DNA of 64,000 nt from Candidatus Zixiibacteriota bacterium (GTDB lineage Bacteria > Zixibacteria > MSB-5A5 > GN15 > FEB-12): positions 15,706 to 79,705 of the forward strand of contig JBFMGC010000003.1 in assembly GCA_040752815.1 (NCBI GenBank), in the 5' to 3' direction. Every line of letters begins with the position of its first letter. The first letter of the stretch is position 1. The position numbers and the translations under genes were made by a program. Of the stretch, positions 19,360 through 27,300 are shown piece after piece. The notes beneath the pieces are model-generated. The model did no database searches. It was not told the origin of the DNA and saw nothing but the letters and a program-made list of their open reading frames with translations.

Positions 19360-19950
19360 GGGTTGTCACAGTTTGCTGTAACGCCGAAAAATGCATATAT
19401 ATCTTGTAATCGATCGGACCGCTATCCGAAATGCAGTCTGGGAAGAAAGTACGCTTTGCCATAATACGCTCCAAACCATGAGGTTTCGCAATAGTGCCTG
19501 CCGATACGACAGTCCCCTGGCAGGGGCAAGAGCGGACCGGGTTCAGCTTTCATCACAGAATCCGGTCAAGTTACGCTGCTCTCCTGTGTATGGAAGGCGT
19601 ACAACTGGAGAAACTTGAACAGGCGGTTCGACTCTTCGGTAGGTCTTCGGCCTCGTAACCATTGGTCTTACAGGAAGTTAACCTCCGGAACCGACAGGCA
19701 CGCCGTTTGTAGAATGGTCGTATAAATTCTGGCGGCGCAGACTGGCCACTGCCGCCGTAAAACGGACAGAGTCAAAGGTTCTCGCTAGGCATCCGATACC
19801 TCACTGAGGAACCTGCTATCACGGGAACGTGGCCGGAGCGTACTCTTCACAACGTCGAAATCGCCCGGCCTGCAGGAACATTAAGCTCATAGCGTAGTTG
19901 CTTGTTGAATGGCGTAGTGCCGGACATTACCATACCCATTTGGAGGTTGA

Positions 19951-22900
19951 ATGCAGGGTCTTTTTCTTGAAATAAATCGCCGTTGGCTGCTGAAAACAGT
20001 TCTGTCGGCGGTTGGAGCGGCTGTACTTCTTGCCTCCGGCACTGACGCGCAGGTGCGGACGATTTCGTCGCTTCCGTACACTGTCACCACCTCTGATAAC
20101 GGCTACACGCTCGAACTCGCCTCCAGCAGGATGACCGCGACCGGACGCGCGATTACGTTCGATGCCGGCGTGCACGATGTAACGCTGCGGTTGGACGGCG
20201 ACACGATAGTCTGGGGCACGGCCGGAACACAGGGCACTACAGCCATCGCGGTAAGCGGATTGACTGCTTCGTACAATATCACTATTCACGGAGGTACCAT
20301 CCTGCACTCGCCGCCCCCGGCGATGGAGGCACCCGACGCCGGGCTGAACGCGACCGCCATGAGTATCGGCAACCGCCATCATGACATCCGGGTGCGCAGC
20401 ACGAAGTTCACGATCCGCGGTCATGACAGCCAGTTTATCATCAACGCCGGCGGTGCGTACAACGTTGAAATCGATAGCTGCGTTTTCGAGAGCTTTCGCC
20501 AGTCGTTTACCTACCGCGATCAATGGGTGATGTCGGCCCTGAACGTGTTTGTCGGTACGGTACCGCTGAACACTTCGGGCCTCAATTACACGATCAAATG
20601 GACGAACAACCAGGTCCTCAGCGCGAACTGGTGTAACCTCTATGTCGAGGGACCGACCCTTAAGGCGCTTATCTACGGCAATGCGTTCTTTACCGACGGT
20701 CTGAACACCTACACAGTCGGCACCTTCTCCACCGCCGCGCAGAACTACTGCCTGTCGATGCGTTTCGGTACCAGCGCGGGCGGCGTAGATCGCTCCATTG
20801 TGAACTGCTACAATAACACCTTTCGGGCGGGCACGAACTACGCCGGCGGGCGCGGTATCTTCATATCGAGCATCGACGGCTACAGCCTGCATCCCGACAG
20901 CAGCATCTACATTCACGACAACGATTTTGAGTTGCACCAGGGCTGGGACGAAGAGGAACGCACGCTCAACGGCATCATAGTGAGACAGGGCTGGAGCAAC
21001 ATCCACATCCGCAATAATCGAATCACGGTTATCGGCAATGCCAACAACCCGAGCAGTTCTTATGACGCCGGTCCGATTGCCTGCCTGCGTCTCACCGGCA
21101 GCCCCATGGGCGACGGCCTTAAAATCGTGGGGAATACTCTCACCAGTTATTTCATCGGCGGTGTGAATCCGAACTATGGCACCTCGGGGCCTTTCGGGGC
21201 GGGGGTTATTTTCGATGCCTACGAGATGAACATGCCCAACGTGACTATCGACTCAAATACGTTTAACACCGATAACGTGGCCATCCGCTGGGGCTTCTAC
21301 AATGGAAACGCCGGCGCCAGTGTCTTTCGCAATAACACCTATAATTACCTTTCGGGCGACAACGGCTATGTCTTCCAGCTCTATGGCTCGGGCGGCGGGA
21401 GCGAGGCAAGCTATGGGAATATCGACCGCGACGGCATCTTCACCGGGGGCGCCAGCGCCACCGACATATTCGTCAACGAGGGTGAGCCTGACCCGATGGA
21501 CATCGGTATCGAAGCGACCCTCCGCGTCACGGTTATGGGCAATAACTCTCAGCCGGTCGAGGGCGCCCAAGTCACGATTAGAAACGCGTACGGCACTCAG
21601 GTCGGCAATCTGACAACTCCAAGCAACGGAATCGTTAACCAGCCGGTTCGTTATTGGTACCAGGCCAACGCATCGCGCGGGCCTGACTCCACGGGTTACA
21701 ACCTGTTTTCGATTAAGGCTAAGAGACTGAGCGATTCAACCACGATTTCTTACTCAGTCGGCGCGAACACCAAGAGCGCAGTAATCACCCTGGCGAACAC
21801 TCCCGGCGGCGGAGCGTCGGCTGACACGATTCCGCCGGGCCGGATTAACGACCTCGGTGCGGTGTGCGATTCGCTTGGCCAGGGTGCAATCCTGACTTGG
21901 ACCGCGGTCGGCGACGACGGCTCGGTTGGCCAGGCGACGCGCTACGACCTGCGCTACTCGCTAAGCCCGATCAGTGAAGGAAACTTTGGATCGGCTGGCG
22001 TTGTGTCCAACCCGCCCGTGCCGAAACCATCGGGACAGACTGAGTCTTTCCTGGTAACCACGCTGCAGGACAATACGCCGTACTACTTTGCTATCAAAGC
22101 CTACGACGACGAGGATCTCGGCTCGGATCTCGACGAAGCCACCGAGTATTCCCCGATCAATATCCGCGCTCCCACCGCTGACACAATCGTGGTCGATCAG
22201 CCCAACCGGCTCGTGACCCTGTATGCCACGCCGGTTCGAGGTTGCCAGGAAACGTACCTTGAGTTTCAGGTCGACTCAGTCGACACCTTCCCCTCGCCAT
22301 TTACAGTAGTCGATTCGGTCTATAACACGTCAGCCGACGTGGTCATAAGCGGCCTTGCGGATAATACCGTCTATTACTGGCGTTGCCGGGCGATTTCGAC
22401 CGACGGCTCCCTGGCCGGCTCGTTTACGCCCACTCAGACTATGCTGCCGTTCATCACCTTTGCATCCGGCTGCGATGACATAGAGATGGTCTATCCGGTC
22501 GACGGCCAGAGTGTCACCGACTCAAGACCGGCTCTCCAGATACAAAATGTTAGCGCCGACCCGAATGTATACTTCTTTGAGCTTAGCAACGACGCGGCAT
22601 TCCAAAATGTAACCGCCTCGGGCGTGGTCTACCAGCAGGCGGGAGCGACGACGTCCTGGACCGTGCCGTTGGATCTGTCGCCCGCCGCCGCATATTACTG
22701 GCGGGTGCGGTTTAATAACTGCGAAAACTGGTTTTCAACTTCGTTTGCGATCGCATCGGCCGGGACCTTTGCATTTCCCAACCCGTTTCGACCGGGCGAC
22801 GGTCAGTTACTCACGTTTTCGAGCCTTGCCGCCAAATCCAATCTGGTCATTATGACCGTGTCCGGTGAACTGGTGCGGTACTGGCAGGATGTCGGCGGCG

Positions 22901-23013
22901 GGAAAATTACCTGGGACGGCACCAACTTATCAGGACACCTGGTGGCCTCCGGAGTTTATGTCTGGTCGGTTGAACCGGGCGATCTCGGCGGCAAGATTAT
23001 CGTTCAGAGATAA
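19951..23013 (+). CDS. large secreted right-handed beta-helix protein (polysaccharide lyase/depolymerase-like) with FN3-like module and T9SS C-terminal sorting domain
   Basis: A strong SD (GGAGG) sits 5 nt upstream of ATG 19951. The signal peptide contains NRRWLLK (Tat-like). Repeated PbH1-like segments are present (ITIHGGTILHS, DIRVRSTKFTIRG, NVEIDSCVFES, IHIRNNRITVIG). The last ~80 aa (FPNPFRPGDG...VIMTVSGELV...ITWDGTNLSGHLVASGVYVWSV) match the type-A T9SS CTD / FlgD-Ig pattern. Confidence 0.8.
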   Translation: MQGLFLEINRRWLLKTVLSAVGAAVLLASGTDAQVRTISSLPYTVTTSDNGYTLELASSRMTATGRAITFDAGVHDVTLRLDGDTIVWGTAGTQGTTAIAVSGLTASYNITIHGGTILHSPPPAMEAPDAGLNATAMSIGNRHHDIRVRSTKFTIRGHDSQFIINAGGAYNVEIDSCVFESFRQSFTYRDQWVMSALNVFVGTVPLNTSGLNYTIKWTNNQVLSANWCNLYVEGPTLKALIYGNAFFTDGLNTYTVGTFSTAAQNYCLSMRFGTSAGGVDRSIVNCYNNTFRAGTNYAGGRGIFISSIDGYSLHPDSSIYIHDNDFELHQGWDEEERTLNGIIVRQGWSNIHIRNNRITVIGNANNPSSSYDAGPIACLRLTGSPMGDGLKIVGNTLTSYFIGGVNPNYGTSGPFGAGVIFDAYEMNMPNVTIDSNTFNTDNVAIRWGFYNGNAGASVFRNNTYNYLSGDNGYVFQLYGSGGGSEASYGNIDRDGIFTGGASATDIFVNEGEPDPMDIGIEATLRVTVMGNNSQPVEGAQVTIRNAYGTQVGNLTTPSNGIVNQPVRYWYQANASRGPDSTGYNLFSIKAKRLSDSTTISYSVGANTKSAVITLANTPGGGASADTIPPGRINDLGAVCDSLGQGAILTWTAVGDDGSVGQATRYDLRYSLSPISEGNFGSAGVVSNPPVPKPSGQTESFLVTTLQDNTPYYFAIKAYDDEDLGSDLDEATEYSPINIRAPTADTIVVDQPNRLVTLYATPVRGCQETYLEFQVDSVDTFPSPFTVVDSVYNTSADVVISGLADNTVYYWRCRAISTDGSLAGSFTPTQTMLPFITFASGCDDIEMVYPVDGQSVTDSRPALQIQNVSADPNVYFFELSNDAAFQNVTASGVVYQQAGATTSWTVPLDLSPAAAYYWRVRFNNCENWFSTSFAIASAGTFAFPNPFRPGDGQLLTFSSLAAKSNLVIMTVSGELVRYWQDVGGGKITWDGTNLSGHLVASGVYVWSVEPGDLGGKIIVQR

Positions 23014-23271
23014 TAAGGCGCGTCATTTTTACACCGCGCTACGTACCATCAGACGCGACAAAGCAGGAGGTATCATCACCGGGAATTTGAGCTTGAGAAG
23101 AGCGGTTTCAATAGTCGCCGGTTAGCGGCGCAGGAGTACCAAAAGGCGAGACAGACACGGGACTCCCGTTAATCCCGTCCTCTGCTACTGTCGATTAATA
23201 AAGGGATAGCCGTGAGAGGCGGCGAAGGCAGTCAAAGACGCCGGTCTCGGTGGCCATCGGGGAAAACGTGG

Positions 23272-25176
23272 ATGAGCGAGCATATGAACAGCGAAACCTC
23301 TAACATCACCACCCAAAACACGTCTGGAGAAACGGCAGATCAACCAAGGGCGCCGTTGAGAACCCCGTTCGGCAAGGCGGGTCTTATTGCGATCCTGTCC
23401 CTTTTGGTTGCCGGGGCCGTCCTCGCCCAGGCGCCCTCTACTCCCGTGCTGGTGGCCAGCTCCGGTGTCAGCGGACCGACTCTCGGCATACCCCGCTGGA
23501 AGGGGTACATGTCGCCGACCGATCCGGACAAATTCTGGCTCAGTTTCGCTAACACCGGCGCCGGCTCCAATAATATGGCGTTTACCACCGATGCCGGCAC
23601 TACCTGGTCAAGCAACACCATTACCATCGACGCTTACATGGATTTTCACCTGTCGCTATTCGGTCGCAACGATGACCTGTACTTCACCTTCCCCGGAGTC
23701 GGGTTTCGCCGCTTTGCTTCACCTGCGGAGTCAATCAGCGATGCCGGCCCGCTGGTGACATTGAGCGGCACCAGCAGCGCCCATCGCTCCAACGTGATGG
23801 TACAGCCCAACGGCCGCATCTGGGTCTTCACCCGTCAGGGCGGCACCCCGTCGGAAAACGTGCGCTACCAGTATTCCGACAACGGCGGAGCGAACTGGAC
23901 GTCCAGCGTGGCCTTTTCGACGAGCGCGCCTGACATCAGAATCGGGTCGATGCCTTATGTTAATGGCAACCCGGCCCTGGTGGTGCTGCATCTCAACGAT
24001 GCCCGCGGCTACGAGTACTATCTCTGGAACGGTTCCAGCTTCCAGGAGCGCCCCGACCATTCGGTCTATGCCGCTTACGTGGGTTATGACAGGTCGTTCA
24101 CGCATAACCAGATAAGCGATACCGTGTTTCATCTGATCTTCGGCGATGGTTCCGGCCTGCGCCATGTTTGGAAGAACTATGCCAGCGGTTCCGGCGCCTG
24201 GAATACGTCGATTATCATGAACGAAGCGAACAACGGCAGTATCGACTGGCTGCCCATTTCCACCGTACACGGCAGCGACCTGTATGTCTTCTATTGCCGC
24301 AAGGGTTCCGCCGACGCCGCCTCCATGCGCGTCTATTATCGCCGCTGGTCACAGGTCACGCGCACCTGGGGAGCAGAGTATCAGGTATCGACTCAGAGCA
24401 CGTCGCGCGACCCGAACACAGCTTTCCATGTGCCGGCATCGGCTGATTATATCCCGGTCTTTTACTCCGCAGGCAGCGGGCCTTACAGCATCTACTTCTC
24501 CAAGATTGCAGTTACCGGCCAGGTTACCGATACGATTCCACCCGGCCCGATTCTCGACCTCGGCGCGACCTCCGGCCCCGGCAGCGGCCAGGTGACACTT
24601 GGCTGGAGCGCTCCCGGTGACGACGGTGGGTCGGGGACCTCGGACAGCTACGATATCCGCTATGCGTTCGCGCCGCTGAGTGAATCAAACTGGGCGTCGG
24701 CGATTCCGGTGGGCAACGCGCCCGATCCGGCCTCATCGGGCCAGCCGGAGTCGTTCGCCGTGTCGAATCTGCCTTTGGGTACAGTATACTTTGGAATCAA
24801 GTCCTGGGATGAAGCCGGGAACCCGTCGGCGATGTCAAACCTCGCGCTGGTTCTCGTGACCGGAGTAAACAACCCCGATGACAACGCTGTTCTCCCCCAG
24901 CGAACCAGCCTGACCGGTATCTGGCCGAATCCGTTCAACTCGCAGGCGCGGATCGAATACGAGGTGGCCGAATTAGGTCGGGTCGAGATTACCGTGTATA
25001 ATGTCCTCGGGCAGGAGGTGGCGCGGCTTCTGAACGCTCTTAGGTCGAACGGACTGTACCAGTTATGGTGGGACGGCACCGACAGTCGGGGAAGTCCGGT
25101 GGCTTCCGGCATCTACTTTTGCCGACTGGCCGCCGAAAATACGTCCGATATCCGTAAGCTCGTATACCTCAAGTAA
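23272..25176 (+). CDS. secreted BNR/Asp-box beta-propeller protein with FN3-like module and T9SS C-terminal sorting domain (long paralog)
   Basis: It has Asp-box motifs (TTDAGTTWSS, SDNGGANWTS), a hydrophobic signal (GLIAILSLLVAGAVLAQA), and a textbook CTD: WPNPFNSQARIEYEV...VYNVLGQEVARL...WDGTDSRGSPVASGIYFCRL...KLVYLK. The start is uncertain (ATG 23272 or 23284; the listed 23212 is GTG). Confidence 0.8.
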   Translation: MSEHMNSETSNITTQNTSGETADQPRAPLRTPFGKAGLIAILSLLVAGAVLAQAPSTPVLVASSGVSGPTLGIPRWKGYMSPTDPDKFWLSFANTGAGSNNMAFTTDAGTTWSSNTITIDAYMDFHLSLFGRNDDLYFTFPGVGFRRFASPAESISDAGPLVTLSGTSSAHRSNVMVQPNGRIWVFTRQGGTPSENVRYQYSDNGGANWTSSVAFSTSAPDIRIGSMPYVNGNPALVVLHLNDARGYEYYLWNGSSFQERPDHSVYAAYVGYDRSFTHNQISDTVFHLIFGDGSGLRHVWKNYASGSGAWNTSIIMNEANNGSIDWLPISTVHGSDLYVFYCRKGSADAASMRVYYRRWSQVTRTWGAEYQVSTQSTSRDPNTAFHVPASADYIPVFYSAGSGPYSIYFSKIAVTGQVTDTIPPGPILDLGATSGPGSGQVTLGWSAPGDDGGSGTSDSYDIRYAFAPLSESNWASAIPVGNAPDPASSGQPESFAVSNLPLGTVYFGIKSWDEAGNPSAMSNLALVLVTGVNNPDDNAVLPQRTSLTGIWPNPFNSQARIEYEVAELGRVEITVYNVLGQEVARLLNALRSNGLYQLWWDGTDSRGSPVASGIYFCRLAAENTSDIRKLVYLK

Positions 25177-25189
25177 AAAACCCGACCAT

Positions 25190-25210
25190 TGCGCGCCGCA
25201 TGGGCGCGCA
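25190..25210. terminator. GC-rich hairpin between convergent genes (possible bidirectional terminator)
   Basis: TGCGCGCC-GCATG-GGCGCGCA is a perfect 8-bp stem. On the minus strand it is followed by ATGGTCGGGTTTTTT. It lies between the stops at 25176 (+) and 25216 (-). Confidence 0.4.
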
Positions 25211-25215
25211 TCCCC

Positions 25216-26598
25216 TCAATCGCTTCCGCCGGAATTATAACTCACGGGCCTGACAAGATCCCTTGGGGACTGCAGCCATTCGCCCACGATCTTTGCCGCC
25301 GCGGCGTGACCGTGATTGTTCCAGTGCGTGTCGTCCCGCCACCAGAGCAGCTCGCGCGACTGAGTGTAGAGAGTCTGCGCTTCCTCGAGTAGCTGCGGCT
25401 GAAGGTCGATAAAGTCGAAGCCGTTTTCGCGAGACAATTCTTCGAAAATCAGAGATGCCGGCGAACGGAGTCGTTCGTTGGTCCAAGGCTCGATCTGGTC
25501 GAGCGCCCAGCCGTAGATCGCGTACGCCGTGGGGAGGTGAGCCACCACCACCGTGAGACCTGCATCGCTTGCCACGCGGGCCATTTCGGCGAAGACCAGG
25601 CGCAGGCTGGGCAGGTTCGGGTGGCGGTGGAGATCATCCAGAGTGCGAAGTTCGTGCCTCAGGTATTGCGAGTAGAATAGGAAACTGCGGCCGTCGGGGA
25701 GAGTCGACACGATTGCCGTGTCTCTGGGAATCTGCGAGTTCAGTCCCATGAGGGCCCGATCGGTGATGATCTTAATCGGCGAGCGCCGGTAAAACGTGCG
25801 CGTCCGCACTGCCAGCCGCTGCCAGAAGCCGGCCGGAGCCGGATTCAAATTCGCAAAGCAGGGCTCGTCGATATCATTGCCGCCGAAGATCGCCCAGAGA
25901 ACGACCGTATTCGGTCCAACTCTCAGGCGCGACAACTCCCGCTTCAAAGACAGCAGCTGATTCCACGGGCCGAAGCCGGGCATCGAGAGATTGTAGGTAT
26001 TGAGACCGTAGCGCCTGTGAAAAACGACGCCCCATACATCTTCCTGCGTGGTCCCGGCGCCGGCGCCAAAAGAATCGCCGAGTATGATCAGGTCAAGCGG
26101 CCGGGTCGTGTCGATATCAGAAGCGTCATTCCTGAAACCGTACGAATCGGTACGGAAGTCTACATCGCGCATGTCCCGAAGGCTGTCCTGGGTAGTCATC
26201 GCCGAGAGATCTCCCCAGGTACGGCCGCTGTAATTGACGTTGAGGTCAAAAATGCTCAAAGCAGGTAATTCCGGCAGGCGATGTTTGTAAATGTCCTCCG
26301 GGCGATAATAGAGCTGGCTGCGAAGGAGCGGCCGGGCGAGCAGGTCAATTACGACTATCGAGATAACCCCGGCTACCAACGAAACCAGCAGTCCCGTGAT
26401 CAGCGCGCGGGTGGCGAACAGGCAGAGCAGACCCACGAAGATCATGAACACGTCGAAACCAAGAATCATCAGGCTGGTGCCGGTCTCGAGCTGACCGTCG
26501 GAACTGGTCAGCCGCGCCGTCCACGGATTGAACAGTACGCCAATGACGATTGCGCCTATGCCGGGGAGCAACCGCCAGAGAGGAACTCGCTTCTTCAA
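25216..26598 (-). CDS. membrane-anchored SGNH-like protein of the AlgJ/AlgX polysaccharide O-acetylation type
   Basis: It has N-terminal TM segments, a GDSF block (LIILGDSFGAGAG), and WWRDDTHWNNHGHAAAAKIV, which matches the D-x-H-W-x(3)-G motif of AlgJ/AlgX-type acetyltransferases. Confidence 0.6.
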   Translation of the reverse strand: MKKRVPLWRLLPGIGAIVIGVLFNPWTARLTSSDGQLETGTSLMILGFDVFMIFVGLLCLFATRALITGLLVSLVAGVISIVVIDLLARPLLRSQLYYRPEDIYKHRLPELPALSIFDLNVNYSGRTWGDLSAMTTQDSLRDMRDVDFRTDSYGFRNDASDIDTTRPLDLIILGDSFGAGAGTTQEDVWGVVFHRRYGLNTYNLSMPGFGPWNQLLSLKRELSRLRVGPNTVVLWAIFGGNDIDEPCFANLNPAPAGFWQRLAVRTRTFYRRSPIKIITDRALMGLNSQIPRDTAIVSTLPDGRSFLFYSQYLRHELRTLDDLHRHPNLPSLRLVFAEMARVASDAGLTVVVAHLPTAYAIYGWALDQIEPWTNERLRSPASLIFEELSRENGFDFIDLQPQLLEEAQTLYTQSRELLWWRDDTHWNNHGHAAAAKIVGEWLQSPRDLVRPVSYNSGGSD

Positions 26599-26703
26599 GA
26601 TAACCCCAAATGTATGAGTGTACCCGACCCCGCCCGCTCTTTGCGGCCGTCTGCAAAACGGGCAGGTGCACGCCGGATGGTTTTTATCATCGGCCGGCTT
26701 CGC

Positions 26704-26862
26704 TTAGAAAATAGCGTAGATGAACGGCGCCAGCACCGATGACTGCGCGAATACCATCAGAAGTCCAAACAGCAGCAGCACCACCACGAACGGTGTCAGC
26801 CACCACTTCTTCCTGGCCCTGAGAAATCCCCAAACGAGTTTGAAGCTTGAACCTGCCGCCAT
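26704..26862 (-). CDS. DUF5989-type small membrane protein (52 aa), not in the supplied ORF track
   Basis: My own translation is MAAGSSFKLVWGFLRARKKWWLTPFVVVLLLFGLLMVFAQSSVLAPFIYAIF*. The FLR.RKKWWL.P...LL..GLL.VF...S.LAPFIY..F pattern is the conserved small protein that follows SxtJ and carbamoyltransferase genes. It lies 12 nt downstream of the SxtJ-like gene. Confidence 0.75.
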   Translation of the reverse strand: MAAGSSFKLVWGFLRARKKWWLTPFVVVLLLFGLLMVFAQSSVLAPFIYAIF

Positions 26863-26874
26863 AGCGTTACCTTA

Positions 26875-27300
26875 TCAGTAGGGCTTTGAATATCTTTCGA
26901 TCGTGTTTTCGTAGGTCTGAGAGCTTACCCAGTAAGAGTCTCTGACGCCCGGGAACCGACGATCCATCGGATCCTTGCCGAACAGTCTCATGATCAGTCC
27001 CGCGGGGGTCATCACCAGAAAGAAAAACAAAGTCAGGATGACGAAAGTCATGACAAAGCTGAGATAGTAGGCGAACGTCATCCACACGATGTAGACCGGT
27101 TTGAGCACGATCGGAAGCGCCAGACCCAACAGCCCAAACAGTCCGGCGACACCCGCCCACCAGGGGGTACTGGCGTAACCTTTCCAGTAAAGGATGGCCG
27201 CGATTATGAGCAGCGGCACGGCCATAACCAGGCCGAAACGCCGCAGGGTCTTGGTATCCGCCTGGAGGAAGTCCCGTGGGATAAGCTTAGTCCAGTTCAT
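26875..27300 (-). CDS. SxtJ-family membrane protein
   Basis: The 141-aa protein has hydrophobic spans and an N-terminus LRRFGLVMAVPLLIIAAILYWKG. It overlaps the carbamoyltransferase stop by 14 nt, which is the conserved partner arrangement. Confidence 0.7.
   Translation of the reverse strand: MNWTKLIPRDFLQADTKTLRRFGLVMAVPLLIIAAILYWKGYASTPWWAGVAGLFGLLGLALPIVLKPVYIVWMTFAYYLSFVMTFVILTLFFFLVMTPAGLIMRLFGKDPMDRRFPGVRDSYWVSSQTYENTIERYSKPY

Noticed and set aside
19488-19502. Sigma-54-like element on the minus strand (GGCAGGCACTATTGC) upstream of the ligase gene at 19359
   Set aside because: The GG-to-GC spacing is one nt too long compared with the consensus, and sigma-54 promoters tolerate little spacing variation.
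19927-21006. 359-aa ORF on the minus strand, antisense to the beta-helix protein gene
   Set aside because: It is a shadow ORF typical of GC-rich DNA. It is Arg/Ala/Val/Gly-rich with no motifs, whereas the plus-strand gene has an SD, a signal peptide, repeats and a CTD.
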